A stretch of DNA of 63,552 bases, counting the filler, from Choristocarpus tenellus KU-1152 (lineage: Eukaryota > Protista > Phaeophyceae): assembly GCA_964200185.2 (NCBI GenBank). It is 10 parts of 10 records of this genome, joined end to end, with 100 filler letters (N's around TTAATTAATTAA, not from the genome) between each part and the next. Parts side by side here need not be neighbours in the genome. Positions count along the whole stretch, not along the records: positions 45,274 to 49,498 come from CAXNAD020015598.1; positions 49,599 to 52,678 come from CAXNAD020022465.1; positions 52,779 to 63,552 come from CAXNAD020002717.1; 7 more parts are not named here. One strand, written 5' to 3'. The notes beneath the pieces were generated by a model. It saw only the letters and a list, made by a program, of their open reading frames with translations. It was not told the origin of the DNA and ran no database searches. This document shows, in pieces, positions 45,812 to 56,480 of the stretch; the first letter of the stretch is position 1; every line of letters begins with the position of its first letter. Made by a program: the position numbers and the translations under genes.

Positions 45812-48783
45812 ATGGCCAAAGCTGCTCAAAAAAGGTCACACAAGAGGACCAGAGAAATTGGTTGCGTAAGCCTAAGTGTAAGGAGCACGATCCACATCGT
45901 AAACTCTGGATTCCTATTGCAGGAATTCAGTGCCAACCTGCTGGATTGGGAAAGAGTTGCCTCCAAGGTGAAGATGCTGAGCAGGGATCCGCAAGAGGCA
46001 GCGGACAATATCGTGGCAATCCTTTTTGGTCGGCCATTCTCCATGTGCTCCCGTTGGAAGACAGAGAAGGAATTGAAGAAGTACATGAATGAATGTAGGT
46101 TCCCCCCAACCTTCTCACGAGTGACCTTTTTAGTCATTATGTCAGCAGTGGATTTGTGGTGGACAAGACGGGGAAGCTGAGGAATCCGGCCGACGATGAG
46201 TCAAAGTTTCTTAGAGGGTAGAGCCGTGTCCATTTGGGAGCAAAATCCAATATTGCAATTTTGATGTAATTTTGGCTATCAAGTTTGTTAGAAGATGTCA
46301 ATAACCATTTTCCGAACACAGCTTTTCATAACATACATATTTTACCTACTCTGAAATATTTCGGAGTTGGAAAATGTAAAAAAACAAAACGTGGGAAGAG
46401 TAAAAGTATCTTAGAGGGTACAAGTTTTGCCCTGTTTGTCCATTTGGGGCTTGGCCCTACATGGGTTCTTTTATGACATTTTTTCCTACTCAAAAATGTT
46501 TAGGAGCAGGTAAATTGTATATATTATGAAAACGTGCCCGGAACATGGATATTGACACATGCTAACAAACATGATAGCCAAAATAACAATGAAATCGCAA
46601 CATTGGATTTTGGCCCCCAAATGGACGCGGCTCTACCCTGTAAGATAGTTTGGCTCGGAAGCCAAGTCCCAAATGGAGAAACAGGGCAAAACTCGTACCC
46701 TCTAAGATACTTTCACTCCGATAACAACATATTTTACTGCTTTAATGGGCAACACCAGGTCATGCTTATTAGGGCACTAACAATAATCGCGAAGGAGAGG
46801 ACTATCCCCTTGACCATCCAGGTCCCCGAGTTCGTGGGAAACAAATGGGCCTCAGATGTCGTGGCGAATCTACTGCAATGCTGCCAGAGGAAGTTCATGT
46901 GGAAAATATTTCCACAAAGAACGAGAGAGAAGGCGGAGTTGATTTCCGTTGGAGAAGGTGTGGGGTCGAACAAATCCCACGTCCCAAATGTGGTGGACAT
47001 ATTCCAGAAGATGGTCTGCTGGGTGTGGGCAATGAAAGAATACCGAAGAGAATTTCCTTGTGAGCAGCCCCGCCCCTGCCTTCCAAAGCAGAGGGACAAT
47101 AGTGAGGAGAGAAAGAGGCAGAGGGCACTCGTTAGACAATGTAACCAGTACTCTCTCGAAGACATAAACTTTCGACACAGTAAGGCTGCCTTCAACACAG
47201 CGGTGAGGAGAAGGGTTGCCGCCAAAATCATGGCCTTCCTTAAGGGGGCTTGGGAAGATACCAACCTCGACAATGGGATAAGCAAAAGTCTTAGAATACA
47301 GCAAATGAATTCTATAACGCCGTGGCTGCTCTGGTCCAGATATGCGCTGACCAAGGTAAAATTATGACGATTATTTTTTAATTGTTTCTTTGCAGCATCA
47401 GATATATCAATGGTTTCTCTTTGTATTATGGCGGACCTGAGCAACTGTGGTTTTGTAGGCTATAACGACACAACTCTCTCTCTCGACGATCCCACACTTC
47501 TATGACCAGAAATAGACGAGTTCAAGAAAGTTCTAATCGGCGTGTGGAAAGAGCACAAGAGGAAGGACGGTTCCAATGTAAGTGTTGCACCATTCCAAGC
47601 ATGTCAACAACACGGCCCAGACACACCACAATCGGCCATGTCGTTTTTGTATGTGGAGTTGGTACGTTGATTCAAACCTGTATGTGAGATACCATGATAA
47701 CAAGGGTATGAGCAAAAAATGCATCCATTTTTGTATCTGATGTATACTCGATGCAGAGCGAGATCCATATCTGAAGTTGGGGCAATGTCAACCAGAGAAA
47801 AAGTAAGATAGATGAACTTACGATATGGCATTGGTGATTCCGATGTGAAGAAAGAAACTGGCGTTGAAAAAAACTAAAATCGATGTTGGTGAGAACTCGT
47901 ATTGCACATAAATATACTATATATGCATACCTTTGATGGATGTTGCCTATTTCGTAGTTAGTATACACTCTGATCTTCCTGAGAAGTACTTCATGTTGTT
48001 CTTACACCAGGCGGCGACTCTTACTGTCCTGATAATTTTTGTTTTCTGGTCTTAAAACCGCATCATTTCCCATGTCCGAAAACAGCGTATCCTCGTCCCT
48101 CCTTCTGCGTAGGTCTCCAAGGAGATAAGGATGCAATACTTTGCGCGAATGTGCAAAGATGTCTTAGCTGGAGAAGGTGTTTCTCTCCTTGGAGAGGACA
48201 CTCCTCAAGGCCGTGAAATGAAGAACATCGTAAAAGCAGCTGTGCATATCTTTTCTGAGGAGGCAGCTACTAGATTGACATGTGACATGCTCTCTCTGTC
48301 GTATGTCGTCGGGATTGCGACATTTCCAGAAGAATGGTAAGCCCCTGATCGTCTAACCCTACGCAAAAATGCCTGTAGTACCGATCAGATCGCTTCTTAC
48401 CCTACCATCCGAAATATATGCACAATGACACACACATCCACAACGTACAACTTCCGTCCTTGGCCACTGCCATCGTTTTTTTCTTGCCCTTGGATGCGGT
48501 TTTCTTGGGCAAGAAAAAAACGATGCATGACGTGGTAACAGAGGTGAACATCGATGACGAAATGAGAGATCTACCCTTGGACACGGACAAACTGAGGGTG
48601 GCATGTTTGAGGAGGACACACCTCAAAGATGTTTTCATAAGGGAGGCCGCCCTCAAGGTCGTGGTGCTTATCATGAACGAGGTGAAGGAGAAAGATAGAC
48701 TCGGAATTGACCCTCACGCACAAGTTCCTTCGAACGCAAGGACCAAGGACAATCCTAAGACACCATACATCCTATCAGATAAG
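45812..48783 (+). pseudogene. Decayed multi-exon gene of unknown function with a ParB/DGQHR-like segment, interrupted by nested MITEs
   Basis: Coding-like blocks at 45812-46197 plus 46723-47355 (contiguous once the MITEs are removed, with one frameshift in the C6 run near 46102), 47458-47577 (internal stop), 48113-48336 and ~48510-48783, each ending at a GT donor. Confidence 0.55.
46198..46718 (+). mobile_element. MITE family B copy containing a second, inverted family B copy (46398-46656)
   Basis: Outer element flanked by CGAT/CGAT. The inner element is inserted in the consensus GTGGGAAGCC and duplicates GGAA. Confidence 0.93.
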
Positions 48784-48795
48784 GTACTTATGTGA

Positions 48796-49053
48796 CAGCC
48801 AAAGTATCTTAGAGGGTAGAGCCGCGTCCATTTGTGGTCAAAATCCAATGTTACAATTTTGGTGTATTTTTGGCTATCATGTTTGTTAGGAGATGTCAAT
48901 ATCCTTGTTCCAGAGACACCTTTTCATAAATTACACATCTCACCTACTCCGGAACATTTTGGAGTAGGTAAAATGTCATTAAAACCGCGTGGGAAGACAA
49001 GCCCTACATGGACAAACAGGGAAAAACTCGTACCCTCTAAGATACGTTAACTC
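48796..49053 (+). mobile_element. MITE family B, full-length copy
   Basis: CAGCCAAAGTATCTTAGAGGGTA ... TACCCTCTAAGATACGTTAACTC; TSD GTGA/GTGA. Confidence 0.92.
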
Positions 49054-49599
49054 GTGAGTGTGTTCGCGGTTTGCCCTCTCGCCTTTCTTGTGTGTTGCCA
49101 TTCTGAATCGACTCGAAACACAACTAGTCTCCTCCTTCGACTCGAAACATACTAAGACTTAAATAACAACTCTAACTCGATTCGAATCACAACGACCCCC
49201 TTTTTACTTTAAACGTCCACTCAATCCCTATATTTTGGAAGGTGCAGGGGAAATTACTGTTGAGGAATGTGGAGAAGGGTGATGTCTTCGTGAACATCTT
49301 CCAATTCTCGAAGAATAGTCTCTGACCAAAATTGAGGATGGAGCATACTATAGAGGATGAGCTTGACCCAAAATGGTGAAAAGTGCCCATATGTTTTTTT
49401 TTGTAAATGTTGCGGCACTTTTTAAGGGCCCCGCTACGAATGGGATATATTTTTGTTCAAACTATTTCGGTGCTTGTGGAGGGCACTGCTACGATTTGNN
49501 NNNNNNNNNNNNNNNNNNNNNNNNNNNNNNNNNNNNNNNNNNTTAATTAATTAANNNNNNNNNNNNNNNNNNNNNNNNNNNNNNNNNNNNNNNNNNNNC

Positions 49600-49630
49600 G
49601 ACACCCCCCCCCCCCCAGATACTTTGACCC
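49600..49630. mobile_element. MITE family A-type right terminus at contig start
   Basis: poly-C followed by AGATACTTTGACCC. Confidence 0.6.
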
Positions 49631-50041
49631 TACTCCCAAATGTTTGTGCTGCTTGTTTTACAATTTTGAGTGTTTCTTCTTTCTGATCATTCTCGGAAAA
49701 GATCCTGAAATACATGCACCTGGGACTTGAAAGGAAGCCAACTGTAGACTACTGCGTCTTCGGTCGGAACAAAAATACGCCTACCTTTCAGCGCATATTG
49801 GGGTCACGTCAACACTCCTTCTGCCTTTCATTACCCTAAAAAATCGATTGTATATATGGCGAATTTGTCGAGCTTGGACATGCAAGTGGGTTCTAGAGTG
49901 TACGAAATGCCAGATGAGAGCAAACTACTCACAGTGGTAATTCAACAAGCACATTCTAGTTGGAGTGACTAGTGCTTGTTTTTGTTGTTTTGAAGAATAT
50001 TAGTTCTACAAAATATATGTTTTTCCTTGTGCCATCCTAAC

Positions 50042-51454
50042 CTTGGGATGTGAACCGCTTCTGGTAGTCGGCTTTTCGGCACAGAGGACAAGTCCTTTCA
50101 GAGGTGCGCAGAAAACGCTCAAATGCAGAGAGGCACCTAGAGAGAGATGAGTTGAATGGATATTTACATAATCTAAACAGATATCCTTAAAAGGAGCCAT
50201 GGTTAGAGAACCCTCGTCCATGTTGCTCAAAATCGTTGCATCGCTCCATGTGGTTGATAAAAAAATGCCAACCTTTACTGACCCTGCCCTTGCTCCACTA
50301 AAGCTTGTTCTCTGCGCTCCCTTTCGACTTACGACCACCCCCTAGTTTGTCTACCCTTTTCCACTTATAGCTGAATAACCATTAATAGTGGGAATTAAGA
50401 GTTTTGAGAGAAAAGAACATGAGTGAAAACACTGTAGGTTGACTCACTTCCGATGGAAGATGTGACTGCAGCTGAGAATCACCTGCTCCTGGTCGTGGAA
50501 TCCCTCTCGGCATATTGGGCACGGAGCTAGGTTATCACCTCGAGCGTCGGCCTTGGTCTCTAAATCCCTTTTCAGGTGGAGTATGGCATTTAAGTTGGTA
50601 CATTATGGGACAGTAGATGATGTATTTTACATAGAGGGGCATACCAGATACCTTTATGGGGTGTTACCATTTTGTATCTAATTCTTGTATCATGTAGGGA
50701 TAAATCGAGCCTCTGGTGAAATTGACATCCTCATTTTCTTATTGGGTAAGGTGAGGGTACGTGGAACAAAGGGGAGGGTACCTATTCTGACACAATACAT
50801 TATGAACAACTCGTGTATTTTCCAAATCGCACCTCCATTCATCGACTGAAAGGTTATGCTCTGGGGGTGGCTGAAGACCCCTCATTTGTGCAAGAGTGAG
50901 ACACCTCGGCTTGGGCTTTTCTGAAGGTGCCTCTCGTGGATGCATGCATACCGAGCACCTGTTATCGCTCTGGTTAGATGCCTTACAGGAGTCACACTCC
51001 CATGACTGCAGAGTAGAAGCTTCAATCATCCCCGGAGTGGTCGATGCCTTGGGAAAATGTACAGCTTTGCACTTCCCACTGCAGGGACCGAAGGAACCAC
51101 TCCACGGTCACGACAGACACTATGAAACGTTTCGGTTTAGGCCATTGAGAAGAGAAAGTGTATGCACGACAGATAGCCGAAATGGATCTTCTTTGGAAAA
51201 GTTTCGCTTATAGAACTCTATTTCGCATATAAAGATGAACTGTTGGCCACCCAAATTGTTGTGGAATATTAAGCACACAACTTCCACTAGATTCATCCTC
51301 GATTCTGAACCGGTAAGTCTGAATCGCAGGGACTAACTGAGCACCTCTTCTGATGTCGACGATGGTGCTCAACAAATATTGAGGGGCGTGGTCCACCAAG
51401 GTCGATGCGCATCTTCCTCAAGCGCTGATCTTGCAGGGCGGCGGCGTCTAACAT
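50042..51454 (-). CDS. RNF32: RNF32-like RING-H2 protein with an additional RanBP2-type zinc finger; 5' part, exons 51454-51345, 51078-50833, 50567-50448, 50136-50042
   Basis: MLDAAALQDQ (cf. RNF32 AVALQDH), [55 protein letters not shown]...TCPLCRKADYQ; all GT-AG introns in phase 2. Confidence 0.85.
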
Positions 51455-51781
51455 GACTTGACGTTGACCAGCGTGGATGGACTCTCCACGATGGAAATCC
51501 TCCTTCCATCGTATTGGCTTCCACTGACTTACAATAGCATCGCTGTTACCACTGCTCGGAGCAATTCGAAATTTATGTGCAGCACCCCTAGCTGTCATGC
51601 CTGGAGTCATAAGTGGGATTGTCCACACTGCCAATAAAACTGAGACGAAAGGTCAGATGAAACGTCTAACGAAACGGCAAACGAAGCCCAACAGAATATT
51701 TAATTGAGGTAAACCCAATTCGATCCAAGTATTGTCCTCTTCAACTCACAGTCTAGCCGCTACACTAACTCATAACCAAAC
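51455..51781. promoter_or_regulatory. Probable bidirectional promoter / 5' UTR region (327 bp between divergent ATGs)
   Basis: Divergent start codons at 51454 (-) and 51782 (+); no specific cis-element identified. Confidence 0.5.
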
Positions 51782-52240
51782 ATGAGGCTCCAACAGCACC
51801 AACTCCCATTTGAACGTCCCGTTGCCTTCATCGTGGAATGGTTCGACGTTTCTGCAAATATGGTTAGGAAGTTCAAGCTAACATTCAACCTCGATGGTAC
51901 CCTTCAACTGGTAGGGAGTGGTGGAAACGTTGTGCCTTGGACAATCCTGTGTAGTGTGGATAAAGTTTTTATCGAAGAGATGCAGTTAAACAGCAGCCAA
52001 CAGCGTACCAATATTAATCTTTAAAGCAATGTCCAACGCAGCGGCAGCCCCTTGAATATGCCAACTCCTCTCTCACCAATATACTCATTCCCACCCCACT
52101 TTGCTTTTGATCATTGATCTTCGTTCCTCATCATCTCGGGGAACTCAGAATGACTGCAAGACAAACAAGATATTCCTGAACAAGTCTTTCCTGCCGGATG
52201 TCTCCCCTAGTGACCTATTTGTAGGAGGAACCATCACGAT
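51782..52240 (+). CDS. NME7: DM10-domain protein, NME7/NDPK7-like N-terminus; exons 51782-51910 and 52149-52240, truncated
   Basis: FIVEWFDVSANMVRKFKLTF.LDGTLQL-NDCKTNKIFLNKS...DLFVGGTIT matches the DM10 pattern (F.AEWYD..A...R.Y.L.F..D..VEM.D.KN.R.FLK....DLFIG). Confidence 0.78.
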
Positions 52241-52789
52241 GTGAGGGTTCTGGCGACCCCTGCTGTCATTGTATGTGTTATAACTACTTGTGTCCTATTT
52301 TGCCTGTGTGAAATGTTCTCAAGCAGATGTTAGTGCTTTGAAACGAAATTTAGCGTGCACATCGTTGGCGGGATCAATACGATCTTGCAGAGTTTCCCCT
52401 TCCAGCAATGGTTTTAACCCTGGATTCGCATATTTCAAATATAGATACTGTAGCCCCATACCAGATCTTCCAACATCTAGACACCGCATCCCCAGAGAGA
52501 GAAGTCAGTACATCCAATATCTGCAGAGCCAGAATACCACGCTGATGAGTAAATGACGTGACAGCGGCAAAAGAGAGAGTGCCAAGACACCACGCCCAGA
52601 TAGTGATATTTAATTAATCCGTTTTTCACCCTTTTTTCGATTTTCACTTTTTTGGTGTGATTTGGTCGCACGGGTCGGNNNNNNNNNNNNNNNNNNNNNN
52701 NNNNNNNNNNNNNNNNNNNNNNTTAATTAATTAANNNNNNNNNNNNNNNNNNNNNNNNNNNNNNNNNNNNNNNNNNNNGAAGAGTGTGA

Positions 52790-53221
52790 GGATGGGTAAG
52801 TGTGTTCTGCAGTGGGGGCATGTGAAAGGATGGTTGGCATCTTCGCAGAGGCTGACCATGCAGTTGAGGTGGAGCGAGCACCCACAGGGGAGGGTGCCTT
52901 GGTAGTCTGGGGGAGAGGCTGTAGACAGCCTGGGCAGGGGGGGAAAGAAGGGGGAGGGGTTGGGGTGTGGGGGCATGGGATGGAGAGTAGGCGGAATGGT
53001 GGGATGGCAAAGGGGGTGAAGGACGATCGTGAGCGGATGGATTCTAGCACTGCTTCACTTCCCACACTCCCCTCCATGGCGGCGTAGTAGTGTTCGGGGC
53101 TGGCAGGGGTACGACAGGTGGGGCACGGGATGGGATGTAGGGGTCTGGCGCGGAGGTATTGAGCCGAGGCACAGCCCAGATCCAGTGGATGTGTGCAGGG
53201 GAAAGGGAGTACTGACATCAA
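52790..53221 (-). pseudogene. Frameshifted tandem RING-finger-like coding remnant
   Basis: PCTHPLDLGC...IPCPTCR and CPGCLQ in one frame; LPCGCSLHLNC...FTCPHCR in another frame. Confidence 0.5.
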
Positions 53222-55462
53222 TCAAAACCCGCATGTTTGTCTGTTGTTATACCATTATACCGATGTACCGATTGAGGTTCCCAGTCAAGCACCCATGATT
53301 TCACGGACAGACTTTACGTCAGAATGAAACCATGGAATCTCTTCATATGACCAATCCCAAAGACTTGGGACAGCCCATCATTCAGAGTTGTCACACATGG
53401 ATGATCCACTTTGTTCTCACGTCTTGACTGATGATGAAGTCCCATCTTTGATGATGCTCATCACTCCTCAATTTGCGCTTGTCCAACCTTAACCTCGTAC
53501 CCTCGGTTAAGGTTCGTCTTTGTTCGTCTGGTCCGTCTTGCCCAGTGATTCTCTTCACCACCCTTGCCCGAGTGAACCATGCCGCCACAGAATCACACGA
53601 TTCACACAATAAACAATATATATATATATATACGTTTTCGGCAAGGGTTGTAACCAGGGGTAGGCTGTCCTGTATGTATGCGATGGGTTTTGTGTCACAC
53701 ACACGCTATCAGTAACACGTTCAGAAAGTGAAGAGATTCATTTCTGCGCATGGACCAGACGACACATCTACCTTATCATCCTCCTCCTAATAACTACTCA
53801 AGTCATGCGTAGAGTCATTTTTTATGACCATCTTCTAATGGCAATGAAAACGATGCCAAATGTGTTTGGTATGATTTATCATTGGGTTCCTTTGACAGGA
53901 ATGATAGGGTGTAGTAAACTAACTCTTGGCCGAGATAATGACGGAAATGTCTCTTCACATGGGAAATAACTGTACTTCTTTGTGGCTAACCGAAGTGATT
54001 TGTTGGTGTGCTGCAATAGAACCCAACATAGCTTACTGTCGAATGGGTTCTCTGTCCTCGACAGTGGGAGGCGCTTAATCGAGCAATAATTATTCAAGAA
54101 TAGCTGGCCGTGCGACGGCGAGCAACTGGGATTGACTCCAAACCCAAGCGAGTGAAATGGATACGGGGAGGTAATCGTGGACCACTGGTGATGCTTTCCG
54201 TGTGTGCGCAAAGATGTCAAGATTAGTGTCCAACTAAATTGCGCTACCATCCGTTTCATCGTTATTCTATCCATTTGGTTGAGTTTCCTTAGTATATTTT
54301 CCATTCCCTTTGATGTGGAGGCTTGTTGGAAAGTATGGTACACCAATGCAAAAATGGGGATGCAGTCTGGACGGGCCGCTTGTAACCCACGACATGTACC
54401 TCATAGTTCAAATTCTTTGGGCTGTTACATCCTCAATTCAAAGCAATAGATGGAATTTTGTTTGGGTCTGTGCTGTCCTAATCAGCACCCTGCTACAAGA
54501 AATCAATGTTATACTCTGGACCTCATGGCCAACAATGGTCGTGGAAAAGAAACCCCCCAAACCCATAACTTGCAAAGCTGAACCCAACACACTCCATATA
54601 CCCTTGTCGTTTAGAGTACTTGATCAAAGAGAGGTGAAGCACAGGTGCCCCATGTTGGCATTGTTAAATCGTGACGTTAAGCACTTCTATGCGCCGTCTG
54701 TTTTTTTGGAGGACACAACTTTCAGGATGGGCAATGTGTGAATGGATGCTGGGTTGCGACCTTAGCAGGAAGTCAGATGACATATGCAGGGTTCGTTTGT
54801 TTCAGTGATGCTACAATATTCAAGGTTATATTCTTGTGGAGTGGGGAGCATTGCGTGTAAACACGTTAGAGGCGATATGTGTCTTAACGGCGGTTTCATA
54901 AACGCCGTTATACCCTTAAAGTTCAGTCCTTTTATACCCTAATGCCCATAAAGTGAGAGAGATCCAGCATATTTGACGACTTTACATTATGGAACCTTCT
55001 ACGAGTTTCATGGTTCACATACAACCTTATGGTTTGGAGCTACTCATCCCATCATGGTTAGCTTACAGAGCGTTTTGTAAGTTGAAGGTCGCTTGTGGAG
55101 AGCGTTGTAAAAAATATTAAACACTTCTTAGACAATCACTCTATTGCCTGATTCGTATATATTGGACGAAGCAAGGTAATGTTCTTACGTCATAGCATCT
55201 GAGACAACGGCAGTGATATAGAGACTGTAGGCGACTCCTTGCAGATAGTGTTTTTTCTGATTTGTTGAGGATATGGAAGGTGGTAGGGCATGTGTTGGTG
55301 GTATTGTCAAGGTTGATGGCAATTTGTTCTGGATATATTTTGTTGTAATGGCTTTTGATCCGGAGTAAACAATGAGAGGTACCCAGTGTTTTGGCCGTTT
55401 TACATTATAAACCAGTTTTCCAATCTCGTACAATTCACCCAATTTCTGTCAATGAAGTCTAT

Positions 55463-55621
55463 GTTTGACTTGAGAGGGTGGGATGGTTTCTCTATTGTGT
55501 GAATCTTTTCCAACAAAATTTGGAAAATACCCTACACGTAGTTGAAAAAATGTCGAAATTTATACATATTTGCTGGCATCCTTAAAATACAACTCTGGGT
55601 AACTCTCGCTTACTTTGACTC
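55463..55621. repeat. Dispersed repeat family E (second copy ~57211-57369), ending in a family-B-like terminus
   Basis: Shared tttgacttgagagggt...tttctctatt...cgaaat.t..acatatttgctg.catc...cttacttt(g/c)actc. Confidence 0.6.
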
Positions 55622-56240
55622 TTTCTTAGCGGTCGTTGTTGTCATGCTAAACATCTATGTTACAATTGGTGAGATGAATGATAAGTGAATTTGAAGTTCC
55701 ATGCTTTACTGCCTCCTTTAGATTAGATAACATTGCAATCACTGTAGTTATCATTTTCTCATATTTGATGCTCTTCGAACTTACGGTCATGTTGGGGATG
55801 GGAAAACATACCGTGCTTGCAAAGTTGTGCAGAATTAATGAAACATTAATTTATATTTGGGGGGGGTTCAAGTCCTTGAGTTTCTACTACGGTAGTCATT
55901 GTTGTAGTTGTGGAAAGTAGGTAAAAGTACTTTGGATAAACCACACGCTGAGTAATGTGTGGTGTTTGTGGAGATTGATGCTGCATGACATCATGTCAAA
56001 TTACTACTCATGTTCCATATTACTGTCTCTGCATATACTACCTACAAAATGCACAGCAGCCTTCCACTCTGACATAGGAGGGAAGTCCTTGGATCCAGCT
56101 CTGTTCCCACTGTACAGACTCGATGAGAATCCTTCTCACGCATGAAATGCACGAAAACTTCCAAGTAAATCTCTGTCTTCAATGCTGGACGTCATAATGA
56201 GAACTGTCGAAGAACTCGAGAATACCTAGTGCTGTCTTTC

Positions 56241-56480
56241 GAGCCAAAGTATCTTAGAGGGTAGGGCCTCGTCCATTTGGGGTCAAAATCCAATGTTGGC
56301 TATCGTGTTTGTTGGGAAGTGTCAATATCCTTGTTCCAGACACACCTTTTCATGACTTACACATTTTACCTACTCCGAAACATTTTGGAGTAGGAAAATG
56401 TGAGAAAAATACGCCATGGGAAGTCAAGTCCCAAATGGACAAACAGGGCAAAACTCGTACCCTCTAAGATACTTTCACTC
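56241..56480 (+). mobile_element. MITE family B, full-length copy
   Basis: GAGCCAAAGTATCTTAGAGGGTA ... TACCCTCTAAGATACTTTCACTC; TSD TTTC/TTTC. Confidence 0.93.

Noticed and set aside
46534-46718. N-terminus of the 277-aa ORF, and similar recurring ORFs (..NKHDSQNYIKIATLDFG..)
   Set aside because: These are translations of MITE family B sequence, not genes.
46734-47444. 236-aa minus-strand ORF
   Set aside because: Antisense shadow of the plus-strand coding block.
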